From NCBI GenBank assembly GCA_046753945.1, contig JBHHUW010000001.1:1-48773 (forward strand): a DNA stretch of 48,773 nucleotides. Direction: 5' to 3'. Of the stretch, positions 8,459-16,784 are shown piece by piece (the first letter of the stretch is position 1; every line of letters begins with the position of its first letter). Position numbers and translations under genes: made by a program. This DNA comes from Thermodesulfobacteriota bacterium (GTDB lineage Bacteria > Desulfobacterota > GWC2-55-46 > JADFVP01). Below the pieces are notes generated by a model. The model did not search any database, was not told the origin of the DNA, and saw nothing but the letters and a program-made list of their open reading frames with translations.

Positions 8459-10771
8459 ATGGGCAAGAAGCATGTAGCTATCATAGGGGCAAACAAAGAG
8501 GCTTTGAGGCTTCTGCCCATACTTCTTGCCGATAGTGATACTGATCTTAGGATAATAGCCGACAGCAACAGTGACGCCATGATATTCAAGCTTAATGAGC
8601 TGGGATACAGGCTCTCGCCGCGGCTGAATATCAAGACTACCTCTGACCTTGAGGATATAAAGCGCGACACCTATGTGAATACCATCATAGACGCCGTGCA
8701 GGATAGCAGCAGCTCGGAGTTCCTGAGCTCCCCTCATTTTATAGAGATGGACAAATTCGGCCCCTTAAGCGCGAGGCTCCTCTGGGAGGTGCGCGCTTCC
8801 TTTGAGGAAGGGTTGGAGGGAGGCAACAAGGGCGCTATATTTACCTCTCTTAGAGAGATAGTCAACTCTCTGTGCCTCATAACTGACAGAAAAGAGCTTA
8901 CATCTGTAATATTAAAGCTTGTAGTAGAGTTTACCGGTGCCCAGCGCGCCTCCATAATGCTCGTGAATGAGGCCGAGAACAACCTCCGGGTTGAGGCGGC
9001 AAGCGGCATGGATGAGGAGGTTATAAGAAAGATACGCGTCACCCTTGGTTCGGGCGTCTCGGGGTATGTAGCCCAGAAAGGCAAGGCAGTTATCATCTCA
9101 GGCAAGGCCGACCCGGGTGAATATATAAGACCAATGGACAGGAACGACGCAAAGAGCGCCATGAGTGTGCCCCTTAAGGTAGATAACAAGGTAATCGGGG
9201 TGATAAACGTAAGCTCCAGCGAGTCACCGTCCCTGTACTCTAAAGAGGACCTTGCATTCTTTTCCGGCTTTGCCGCGCTATCATCAGAGGTTATATATAA
9301 ATCCCTGGAGTACGAGGGGATTCGTTCAGAGGCGGCAAAATTTTCTTTCTGGAAAGAGATGGAGGGAATGATGCCCTCGGATACGCCCGGCGAGAAAGAC
9401 TATACCTCTATAGTAAAGAAGATAGCCGGAGAGGTGCCGGGACTGACATGCCTGCTTTATCTCTATAATGAGAAGACAAAGAGCCTCATCCTCAAGGCCT
9501 CAAGCACCGGCGGCACCGGAGGGCTCGGTCTCTTTGGCGGCATCAGGCAGAGCCACGGTATTGAGGGCTTTGCCATGGACACGAAAAAAGACGTCTTTCT
9601 CGTTGATAGAACCGAGGAGGATGCAGAGAAAAAACTCTATATCTCACTTCCAATGGTCTGTAACGACCACTTTGTCGGCACACTGAGCGGTCAGGTGGTA
9701 TCCCGGAATGGGCTCTCCAAATACCATGAGTCTTTCCTGAAAGACATCAGAAGCCTTGTTGCGCAGAGCGTCTACAGGTCCATGGATACTGATCGGGAGA
9801 GCCGCAGGGAAAAGAAGATATCAAGTATAGACGACTTTGGTCTTGATCTCATTACCGAGACCGATCATCTGAAGCTTACACGGTTGATAGCCAGAAAAGC
9901 CGCTGATGCCCTTGCCGCGGACGGAGCTTTGCTGCGCCTTGAGCAGGAAGACAGGCGCTATCAGACAGCGGCCTCTTATGGTCTTGAAGAGTCTGGCCTC
10001 AGGCAGGAGTTTCATTATATCGAGAAAGAGACTGTCCTTGAGGTGCTGCGCAAGAATGAACCCGTCTCACGGGAGTTCTCCGAGGCGGCATCACCAGGTA
10101 TTAAATGCGTATTGTCCGTGCCGCTTCATATAGACGGCGAGATAAAGGGCGTACTGACGCTCTTTCACAGGACTTACGAGGAGACAATGTACTCCGGAGC
10201 CTTCTCTGATGAGGATTCCAATATTCTTCAGAGGTTTCTGCTCTTTGCCGAGAGGGCCCTTGCTGTAACCATATTCAGGGACCCTTCTGCCGCAGGAGAT
10301 GATGAGAAAAAGACCCGTGAGCCTGCCCCAATGGACGCCCTTGAGATAAAGGTAGATGAAGAGCTTAACAGGGCGAGGAGGCAGGACAAGCAGTTTATCC
10401 TCTCAACCCTTCGCATTGTGGGCCCCGATAGTATTTCGCAGAATAAGATGAAGGCAGTCTCTACAAAGTTTTTTAATATTATAAATGATGAGACGAGAAA
10501 CTTTGATTTCGTAGTACGCCTTAGTGACGATGTATTTGGGTTGATTTACCCACAGACTGGCGGCGATGTGACGCGCGTTCTTGAGGCCGTCATTAACGCC
10601 ATCAAAGACACACCCCTCCTCAACAAATCCTTCCTCGAAGAAAACCTTCAAGCCTACTATGGCTCCGCCCAATTCCCCGCTGATGGAGATTCCTTTACCG
10701 CACTCTTTGCAAAGGCCGCAAGACGTGATATCATTAATCTTGACAGGACCTTTGACCACAAGGTGAAGTAA
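8459..10771 (+). CDS. multi-GAF signalling protein with Rossmann-like N-terminus and degenerate GGDEF-like C-terminus
   Basis: At least three GAF-like segments (e.g. ASIMLVNEAENNLRVEAASG...SAMSVPLKVDNKVIGVINV; CVLSVPLHIDGEIKGVLTLF). The C-terminus carries RLSDDVFGLIY in place of RxGGDEF. 2-nt gap to the DUF4388 gene. Confidence 0.65.
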   Translation: MGKKHVAIIGANKEALRLLPILLADSDTDLRIIADSNSDAMIFKLNELGYRLSPRLNIKTTSDLEDIKRDTYVNTIIDAVQDSSSSEFLSSPHFIEMDKFGPLSARLLWEVRASFEEGLEGGNKGAIFTSLREIVNSLCLITDRKELTSVILKLVVEFTGAQRASIMLVNEAENNLRVEAASGMDEEVIRKIRVTLGSGVSGYVAQKGKAVIISGKADPGEYIRPMDRNDAKSAMSVPLKVDNKVIGVINVSSSESPSLYSKEDLAFFSGFAALSSEVIYKSLEYEGIRSEAAKFSFWKEMEGMMPSDTPGEKDYTSIVKKIAGEVPGLTCLLYLYNEKTKSLILKASSTGGTGGLGLFGGIRQSHGIEGFAMDTKKDVFLVDRTEEDAEKKLYISLPMVCNDHFVGTLSGQVVSRNGLSKYHESFLKDIRSLVAQSVYRSMDTDRESRREKKISSIDDFGLDLITETDHLKLTRLIARKAADALAADGALLRLEQEDRRYQTAASYGLEESGLRQEFHYIEKETVLEVLRKNEPVSREFSEAASPGIKCVLSVPLHIDGEIKGVLTLFHRTYEETMYSGAFSDEDSNILQRFLLFAERALAVTIFRDPSAAGDDEKKTREPAPMDALEIKVDEELNRARRQDKQFILSTLRIVGPDSISQNKMKAVSTKFFNIINDETRNFDFVVRLSDDVFGLIYPQTGGDVTRVLEAVINAIKDTPLLNKSFLEENLQAYYGSAQFPADGDSFTALFAKAARRDIINLDRTFDHKVK

Positions 10772-10892
10772 AGGGGTAAAGGAATTCTCCTCCCCCCTTT
10801 TTTCTGCTCTTTTGTAAAAAAAATGTTTTTGCCCGTTGCCCAATGTTCTTTAATGCCTCATAATGCCAGGCATAGGGAGATTCTATTACCAT

Positions 10893-11141
10893 ATGATAGA
10901 GGTAAGGTTTTTTGCCATGCTCAGAAAGCTCTCCGGCACAGCCAGTAAGGAGTACGCCCTTACTGAGCCCATTACAGTGCTGGAGCTTAAGCAGCTGCTT
11001 TCGCGGGACATGCCCGCACTTGGTGAAGTTCTTGGCGGGCGTTCAGTCCTCGTATCTGTAAATGAGGAGTTTGCCCGCGATGACGAGCTTGTGGCTGACG
11101 GCGATATAGTGGGGCTTTTGCCGCCATTTTCAGGCGGTTAA
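10893..11141 (+). CDS. moaD: molybdopterin synthase sulfur-carrier subunit MoaD
   Basis: About 82 aa beta-grasp protein ending PPFSGG. Followed by moaE. The internal ATG at 10893 is preferred over the ORF-track start at 10863. Confidence 0.8.
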   Translation: MIEVRFFAMLRKLSGTASKEYALTEPITVLELKQLLSRDMPALGEVLGGRSVLVSVNEEFARDDELVADGDIVGLLPPFSGG

Positions 11142-11174
11142 TCTCTTTTTAAAACAACTTGTTAAGGAATAAAC

Positions 11175-11600
11175 ATGAGAGAACTTGTAACTATTCAGGA
11201 GGCCCCTTTTTCCATTGACGATATGCAGCGTGAGGTTAAAAAAGCCTCAAAAGGCATAGGCGCCCTTGTTAGTTTTACAGGCACGGCCAGAGACCTCTCC
11301 AAAGGCGTGAATATTATGGGGCTTGATTTTGAGCACTACCCCGGCATGGCCGAGAAAAAACTCACTGATATACGAAAGCGTGCCCTGGAGAACTTTAATA
11401 TCATAGAGATGGCCATAGTTCATAGAGTAGGCCACATAGATATTGGCGAGGATATTGTCCTTATTGTGGCGGCCTCGGCCCATAGAAATGACGCCTATAT
11501 GGCCTGCGAGTGGGCCATTACCGAGCTGAAGCGCACCACCCCCATATGGAAGAGCGAGACTACGGCCGGTGGTGATGTCTGGGTTACGGATACGCCCTGA
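11175..11600 (+). CDS. moaE: molybdopterin synthase catalytic subunit MoaE
   Basis: 141 aa. GALVSFTGTARD, HRVGHIDIGE and PIWK motifs typical of MoaE. Confidence 0.85.
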   Translation: MRELVTIQEAPFSIDDMQREVKKASKGIGALVSFTGTARDLSKGVNIMGLDFEHYPGMAEKKLTDIRKRALENFNIIEMAIVHRVGHIDIGEDIVLIVAASAHRNDAYMACEWAITELKRTTPIWKSETTAGGDVWVTDTP

Positions 11601-11602
11601 AG

Positions 11603-12109
11603 ATGGAGAATAAGACCACCATAAGAGCTGCCATCCTCACCATAAGCGACAAAGGTTCCCGTGGAGAGAGAGATGATAAGAGCGGCGGCGAGATTGCGGC
11701 CATGATTGCAGACCTGCCCGTTGAGATTGCGGCCCGCGATATCGTCCCTGACGAGGTCCCTGTTATAAGCGCGAAACTCATTGATTATGTAGATAACATG
11801 GCAATGGACCTTGTCATTACCACAGGCGGAACCGGTGTTACGCCAAGGGATGTTACCCCTGAGGCAACAAGGGCCGTCCTTGAGAGAGAACTGCCGGGCA
11901 TGAGCGAGGCCATGCGCGCCGAGAGCCTGAAAAAGACGCCCTATGCAATGATATCACGGGCCCTCTGCGGGGTAAGAGGCGAGTCACTAATAATAAACCT
12001 TCCGGGAAGTCCCCGCGCCGTGCGGGAAAACCTTGCCGTTGTAAAACCCGCCCTCCTTCACACCATACTTAAGATAAAAGGCTCACCTGAAGACTGCGGC
12101 TCCAGCTAA
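11603..12109 (+). CDS. moaB: MoaB/Mog family molybdenum cofactor biosynthesis protein
   Basis: ILTISDKGS...LVITTGGTGVTPRDVTPEA...INLPGSP motifs of the MogA/MoaB fold. Confidence 0.85.
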   Translation: MENKTTIRAAILTISDKGSRGERDDKSGGEIAAMIADLPVEIAARDIVPDEVPVISAKLIDYVDNMAMDLVITTGGTGVTPRDVTPEATRAVLERELPGMSEAMRAESLKKTPYAMISRALCGVRGESLIINLPGSPRAVRENLAVVKPALLHTILKIKGSPEDCGSS

Positions 12110-12149
12110 GCCATGGGCCTGCCTGCAGAGGTCTCTTTTTGAGGCGGAT

Positions 12150-12998
12150 TTAGTCCAGCAGGTTTCTTACCACAAAGTATATATTCTCTTTTCTCTCCTT
12201 AAGACGCCGGAGCACATAGGCCATCCAGTCTTTTCCGTAGGGAACGTAGATCCGTACCTTAAAACCCTCCTCAGCAAGGGCCACCTGTAGACTGCGTTTT
12301 ATGCCAAGAAGCATCTGGAACTCAAAGTTCTCACGGCTGATATTGTTCTCCCGTGCAAAGGCCCTGGCCTCGTTGATTATTACCTCATCGTGGGTGGCTA
12401 TGGCTGTGCCATGGCCGGCAAGGAGAAGCTTCTTCATTAGGTTGATGTAATTGATGTCAACGAGTTTTTTTTCCTGAAACCCGATGCCCGGCGGCTCCAG
12501 GTACGCCCCCTTAACAAGGCGCAGAGGGGCGCCGACTTTTATAAGCCTATCAATATCCTCAGGACTCCTTACAAGGGCGCTCTGAATGGCCAGACCGGTT
12601 CTTGGAAAATCCTCATGTAGTTTCAGGAAAATATTTACGGTATCTTCCGTGTATTTTGAGCGCTCCATATCAAAGCGTACAAAGTTATTCAGCACCTGCG
12701 CTTTTTTCAGGATTGTACTGAGGTTTTTTTCCGTTACTTCCCGCGAGATATCAAGGCCAAGGTGAGTAAGTTTCAGGGATATGGAGGCATCAATGCCGGT
12801 GCTCTGTATATCCTCAAGGAGGGAGAGGTATTCGGCAACTGCGGCGCGGGCCTGCTCCTTATCGGTTACACCTTCGCCAAGGACGTCAATGGTAGCCGAT
12901 AGACCAAGTTTGTTAAGTTTCCGGCAGACCTTGACGGCGTCCTTGCGCTCGGTTCCGGCAATGTATCTATGGGCAAGATAGCTCGTAAAACCCTTCAT
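12150..12998 (-). CDS. proline dehydrogenase (monofunctional PutA-like)
   Basis: LRLVKGAY motif and TIM-barrel-like pattern, 282 aa. ATGA overlap with the upstream gene. Confidence 0.75.
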   Translation of the reverse strand: MKGFTSYLAHRYIAGTERKDAVKVCRKLNKLGLSATIDVLGEGVTDKEQARAAVAEYLSLLEDIQSTGIDASISLKLTHLGLDISREVTEKNLSTILKKAQVLNNFVRFDMERSKYTEDTVNIFLKLHEDFPRTGLAIQSALVRSPEDIDRLIKVGAPLRLVKGAYLEPPGIGFQEKKLVDINYINLMKKLLLAGHGTAIATHDEVIINEARAFARENNISRENFEFQMLLGIKRSLQVALAEEGFKVRIYVPYGKDWMAYVLRRLKERKENIYFVVRNLLD

Positions 12999-14356
12999 GG
13001 CGCTGCCTCTACATGGGAAGCAAGAAATTCATTGATAAGGGCCCGGAGGCCGCGCTCCTCAAAATCATCAATATCGTATGTGACGCGTAGCGTTGGTTTT
13101 TCTATATGAATAATCCTCGCGAGATCTATGGGGGTGGCGATAAGCACTGCATCGCATGGCGTGGCCTTTATGGTCCCGGCAAGGTCCCGGACCTGTGCCT
13201 CGGAGTAACCCAGGGCAGGCAGGAGGTTCCTGATACGCGGGTATTTTTCAAAGGTTTCTTTTATAGAGCCGCTGGCATAGGGGCGAGGGTCAACAGGGAG
13301 CCATCCGTATTTTTTTGAGGCCGCCATGCCCGCGCCAAACCCCATTCCCCCGTGCGTCAACGTTGGGCCGTCCTCTATTACAAGGACTTTTTTACCTCCT
13401 GGAAGTTTTTCTTCTTTCTCTTGCTCATCTTCTTGCCCTGCCTCTACATCTATCTTAAAGGCAGTTCTTATAATCATGGCCTTTGGGTTAATCTCTTCTA
13501 CGCTCTTTTCCACGGCTCCAGTGGCGGCCTCATCTGCGGAGCGGGCCTTGTTAATGATTACAACGTGGGCGCGCCGCACGTTTATCTCACCCGGGTAGTA
13601 GGCCCGTTCATCTCCCGGGCGCAGCGGGTCTGCCACGGTAATCTCAAGGCGGGGTTTGTAAAAAGGCGTATCATTATTGCCGCCGTCCCAGATTATTACA
13701 TCGGCCTCTGCCTCGGCCTTTTCCAGTATGGCCCGGTAGTCTATGCCGGCGTAGACTATGAAACCGGCCTCAACAAGGGGCTCGTACTCCTCCATCTCCT
13801 CTATGGTGCATTTTTGAGCTTTTATATCGGAAAGTCTGGCAAATCTCTGCACGCTTCTCTCACGGCTGAGTTCTCCGTATGGCATGGGGTGGCGTATGGC
13901 TACGGGACGTAGCCCGGCCTCCCTGATAAGGGCGGCTATGTAGCGGGTCAGGGCGCTCTTGCCGCAGCCCGTTCTTACGGCGCATATGGATATAAGTGGA
14001 AGTCTTGAGGTGAGCATGGACTTTTCTGCGCCGGGAAGGACAAAATCCGCACCAAGTGAGTTTACAAGGGCGGCCTTCTGCATAAGGTCTTTATAAGAGA
14101 TGTCGCTGTATGAGAAGAGAACCTCATCTACTGAGTATTTTTTTATAAGTTCAGAGAGTTTTTCTTCGGGGTATATGGAGATGCCTTCGGGGTAGAGGGT
14201 TCCGGCAAGTTCAGCCGGGTAGGTTCTTTTTTCTATAAAGGGAATCTGCGCTGCAGTAAAGGCCGTCACCTCGTAGGCGGGGTTACCTCTGAAGAGCATG
14301 TTGAAGTTATGAAAATCTCTTCCAGCGGCGCCCATGATTATGATTTTTTTTCTCAT
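12995..14356 (-). CDS. P-loop protein of the predicted-GTPase / cyclic 2,3-diphosphoglycerate synthetase-like family
   Basis: N-terminal IIIMGAAGRDFHNFN, and a P-loop-like RTGCGKSALT. Family assignment is from memory of this N-terminal signature. Confidence 0.5.
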   Translation of the reverse strand: MRKKIIIMGAAGRDFHNFNMLFRGNPAYEVTAFTAAQIPFIEKRTYPAELAGTLYPEGISIYPEEKLSELIKKYSVDEVLFSYSDISYKDLMQKAALVNSLGADFVLPGAEKSMLTSRLPLISICAVRTGCGKSALTRYIAALIREAGLRPVAIRHPMPYGELSRERSVQRFARLSDIKAQKCTIEEMEEYEPLVEAGFIVYAGIDYRAILEKAEAEADVIIWDGGNNDTPFYKPRLEITVADPLRPGDERAYYPGEINVRRAHVVIINKARSADEAATGAVEKSVEEINPKAMIIRTAFKIDVEAGQEDEQEKEEKLPGGKKVLVIEDGPTLTHGGMGFGAGMAASKKYGWLPVDPRPYASGSIKETFEKYPRIRNLLPALGYSEAQVRDLAGTIKATPCDAVLIATPIDLARIIHIEKPTLRVTYDIDDFEERGLRALINEFLASHVEAAP

Positions 14357-14452
14357 AGTCTGAGGATAGCCTTATTAGAGCTTAAAATCAAGGAAGAGTC
14401 CCCCTCAAAGTAACGTGGGCGCATGGTGAGTTTTAAGAGGCAAGAATTGTAT

Positions 14453-14580
14453 TCCCCTCCTGGTTTTCTTTGCCGTGACTCTTAATAGTGGTGAGCCCAT
14501 ATCATGCATTTTGTCACATTAGAAGACAGGGACGCTGCCGTACAGTTTAAAAAATCTTTTTTCTAAAAGAAAGTGGAGAG
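14453..14580 (+). repeat. ~128-bp intergenic repeat, copy B1 (left flank of the FG-GAP gene)
   Basis: TGGTTTTCTTTGCCGTGACTCTTAAT...GCCCATATCATGCATTTTGTCACATTAGAAGA...AAAAAATCTTTTTTCTAAAAGAAAGTGGAG. Direct repeat of 16652-16779. Confidence 0.9.
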
Positions 14581-14582
14581 TA

Positions 14583-14611
14583 TTGACATTTTTTTTGCTT
14601 TGGAGTACTAT
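14583..14611 (+). promoter_or_regulatory. sigma70-like promoter
   Basis: TTGACA, 17-nt spacer, TACTAT. Begins 2 nt after repeat B1. Confidence 0.55.
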
Positions 14612-14825
14612 AGGCTACACACCAACCAATATGGACGTACTCTTCTTGCTTTTTTTAGAGGCGGTTCTTTTCTCTTTTAATCTCAGAATTGTGCCTTTCC
14701 GTGAGTACAGGTGGCCCAACGTCTATTCTCCTCACCTTTCTTTACCACGGCCTCCTGACCTGCATAAATATATATAGGTTATTATTCCTGTTATGATGCG
14801 GCATTCAACCTGGAGGATTACATCT

Positions 14826-16559
14826 ATGAAGAGATTACCTGATTTAATAAAGTTGTCGCCAATTATGTTAATTCTTTTATTTGTATTTTCCCCTCTAAGG
14901 GCGGAGGCGGCGGTCTTCCCCGTACCGTCCCTTGAGTGGACGTGGAACAGCAGTCTTGTGGAGCCCACATTTATTCAGGTAATGATGTCTCCCGAGGCCG
15001 CGGACCTTGATGGTGACGGAATACCCGAGGTTATCTTCATAGCTTTTCAGGACAGAGGCTGGCAGGACGGAGGCATACTACGCGCCATTCACGGTAATGA
15101 CGGTTCTGAGTACTTTAATGTTATTGATCCGGCCTTAAGGACATATGCGGGTTCCGACCTTGCCGTAGGGGATATAGACAATGACGGCCTGCCGGAGATA
15201 GTGGCCATAACACAGACTGGCGAAGTTGTATGCTTTGAGAACGACGGCACATGGAAGTGGACGAGCAAGGCCAATGTAGGTCACAGAAGGGCCGTTGCCA
15301 TAGCTGACCTTGATAATGACGCCGTGCCCGAGATTATCGCCGGAAGAACGGTCTTGAATAACGACGGCAGTACGCGCTGGGTTGGTACAGCCGGAAGCGG
15401 CTACACGGCCTTTGCCGCGGACCTTGACCTTGACGGTCTACCCGAGGTTATCGCTGGAAATACTGCATACAGAAACGACGGGACAATTTACTGGACCGCT
15501 GCCGTCAGCGGCTCGGCCCGGGACGCGGTGGCGAATTTTATCAAGGGGCCCTTCCCCGAGGTAGTCACGGTGGCTGGGGGTAATGTACATATGTGGGGTT
15601 ATGACGGAACCCCCATATGGGGACCTGTTGCCATACCTTCCGCAGGCGGGGCAGGGCCTCCCCTTGTGGCTGATTTTGATGGAGACGGCTTCCTTGATAT
15701 AGGCGTAGCCGGCTATGATACATACACGGTCTTTAACCATGATGGCACAGGCAAGTGGAAAGTCCCGATAAATGACAGCAGCTCCGGAGCCGCCGGCGCC
15801 ACGGCCTTTGATTTTGATAAAGACGGGGCCTATGAGATAGTCTACAGCGACCATGACTTATTACGCATCTTAAATGGTGCGGACGGTGCGGTGCTCTTTG
15901 AGGCAAAAGGCCCCTCGGCAACGCTCCTTGAGCAGCCCATTGTTCTTGATGTAGACAATGACGGCTTTGCAGAGATAGTAACGCCCCTTAATAACTATGC
16001 CCGTCCCGGCGCCAATACGGGCATAGAGGTCTACGGAACTGCCCAGCAATGGCCTTCGGCCAGGAAAATCTGGAACCAGTACACCTATCACGTCACCAAT
16101 ATCCACGATAACGCCACAGTGCCTGTTGTGGAGAAGAATCACTGGGAGTTTTTTAGTTATAATAATTTTAACGCCCAGACCTACCTTGGTATAGACCCTG
16201 TTCCTGACTTGAAGGCTAATGGTTCGGATGGGCCCATTACCGTGTCCACGGGAACTCTTGTTTCTGTTGACGGGGCCCTTGACCCGAATATATATCTCGG
16301 TGATAACGCTGACTGGTGGGTATGGGCAGAGACTATTTTCGGGACATACTGGTATAGACCCGGCTTTGGGTGGGGGCCATCGGTTACGCCTGTAATTACC
16401 TATGCCGGACCTCTATTTCCTTTAAGCCCGCGTAATATCCTCTCTCAAGTACTACCTGTAGGCTCTTATGCCCTTCACTTTGATGTGGACTTGAACATGA
16501 ACGGGCTCAAGGACGCACCGATGTTTTCTGATACCGTCACTCTCAATGTAGGACCATGA
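14826..16559 (+). CDS. secreted FG-GAP/VCBS-repeat beta-propeller protein
   Basis: Signal peptide MKRLPDLIKLSPIMLILLFVFSPLRAEA. Seven D-x-D-x-DG-x-PE/EI calcium-loop-like repeats (DLDGDGIPEV, DIDNDGLPEIV, DLDNDAVPEII, DLDLDGLPEVI, DFDGDGFLDI, DFDKDGAYEIV, DVDNDGFAEIV), plus a ~150-aa C-terminal domain. Confidence 0.8.
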   Translation: MKRLPDLIKLSPIMLILLFVFSPLRAEAAVFPVPSLEWTWNSSLVEPTFIQVMMSPEAADLDGDGIPEVIFIAFQDRGWQDGGILRAIHGNDGSEYFNVIDPALRTYAGSDLAVGDIDNDGLPEIVAITQTGEVVCFENDGTWKWTSKANVGHRRAVAIADLDNDAVPEIIAGRTVLNNDGSTRWVGTAGSGYTAFAADLDLDGLPEVIAGNTAYRNDGTIYWTAAVSGSARDAVANFIKGPFPEVVTVAGGNVHMWGYDGTPIWGPVAIPSAGGAGPPLVADFDGDGFLDIGVAGYDTYTVFNHDGTGKWKVPINDSSSGAAGATAFDFDKDGAYEIVYSDHDLLRILNGADGAVLFEAKGPSATLLEQPIVLDVDNDGFAEIVTPLNNYARPGANTGIEVYGTAQQWPSARKIWNQYTYHVTNIHDNATVPVVEKNHWEFFSYNNFNAQTYLGIDPVPDLKANGSDGPITVSTGTLVSVDGALDPNIYLGDNADWWVWAETIFGTYWYRPGFGWGPSVTPVITYAGPLFPLSPRNILSQVLPVGSYALHFDVDLNMNGLKDAPMFSDTVTLNVGP

Positions 16560-16566
16560 ACCATGC

Positions 16567-16605
16567 GTGGGGCGGCCTTTTTCATAGGCCGCCCCACTCT
16601 TTTTT
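16567..16605 (+). terminator. intrinsic terminator after the FG-GAP gene
   Basis: GTGGGGCGGCC / GGCCGCCCCAC 11-bp stem with a 9-nt loop, followed by TCTTTTTT. Confidence 0.85.
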
Positions 16606-16651
16606 ATAAGTATGCCGGCCTCGATTCGCCTGTAAACTGCAGCTGAACTTA

Positions 16652-16779
16652 TCCCCAGTTGGTTTTCTTTGCCGTGACTCTTAATGGTGGTGTGCCCATA
16701 TCATGCATTTTGTCACATTAGAAGAGAGGGGCATGACCGTGCGGTTAAAAAATCTTTTTTTTTAAAAGAAAGTGGAAGG
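16652..16779 (+). repeat. ~128-bp intergenic repeat, copy B2 (right flank of the FG-GAP gene)
   Basis: Same orientation as, and roughly 85% identical by eye to, 14453-14580. Confidence 0.9.
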
Positions 16780-16784
16780 TTTTT

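Noticed and set aside
10772-10892. Possible Moco riboswitch upstream of moaD.
   Set aside because: The spacer is only about 120 nt. It shows a terminator-like hairpin for the upstream gene and a small ATGCCT/AGGCAT hairpin. I could not recognise the conserved Moco-motif core. A covariance-model scan would be needed to be sure.
14583-14777. 64-aa + strand ORF upstream of the FG-GAP gene.
   Set aside because: Its first codons coincide with the predicted -35/-10 promoter elements. It has no RBS and is more likely 5'-UTR.
14453-16779. Idea that the 128-bp repeats are integron attC sites, making the FG-GAP gene an integron cassette.
   Set aside because: - No integrase gene is nearby.
- No GTTRRRY / RYYYAAC core sites are at the repeat ends.
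- The repeats are direct copies with only short internal palindromes.
- The gene carries its own promoter, which is atypical for cassettes.
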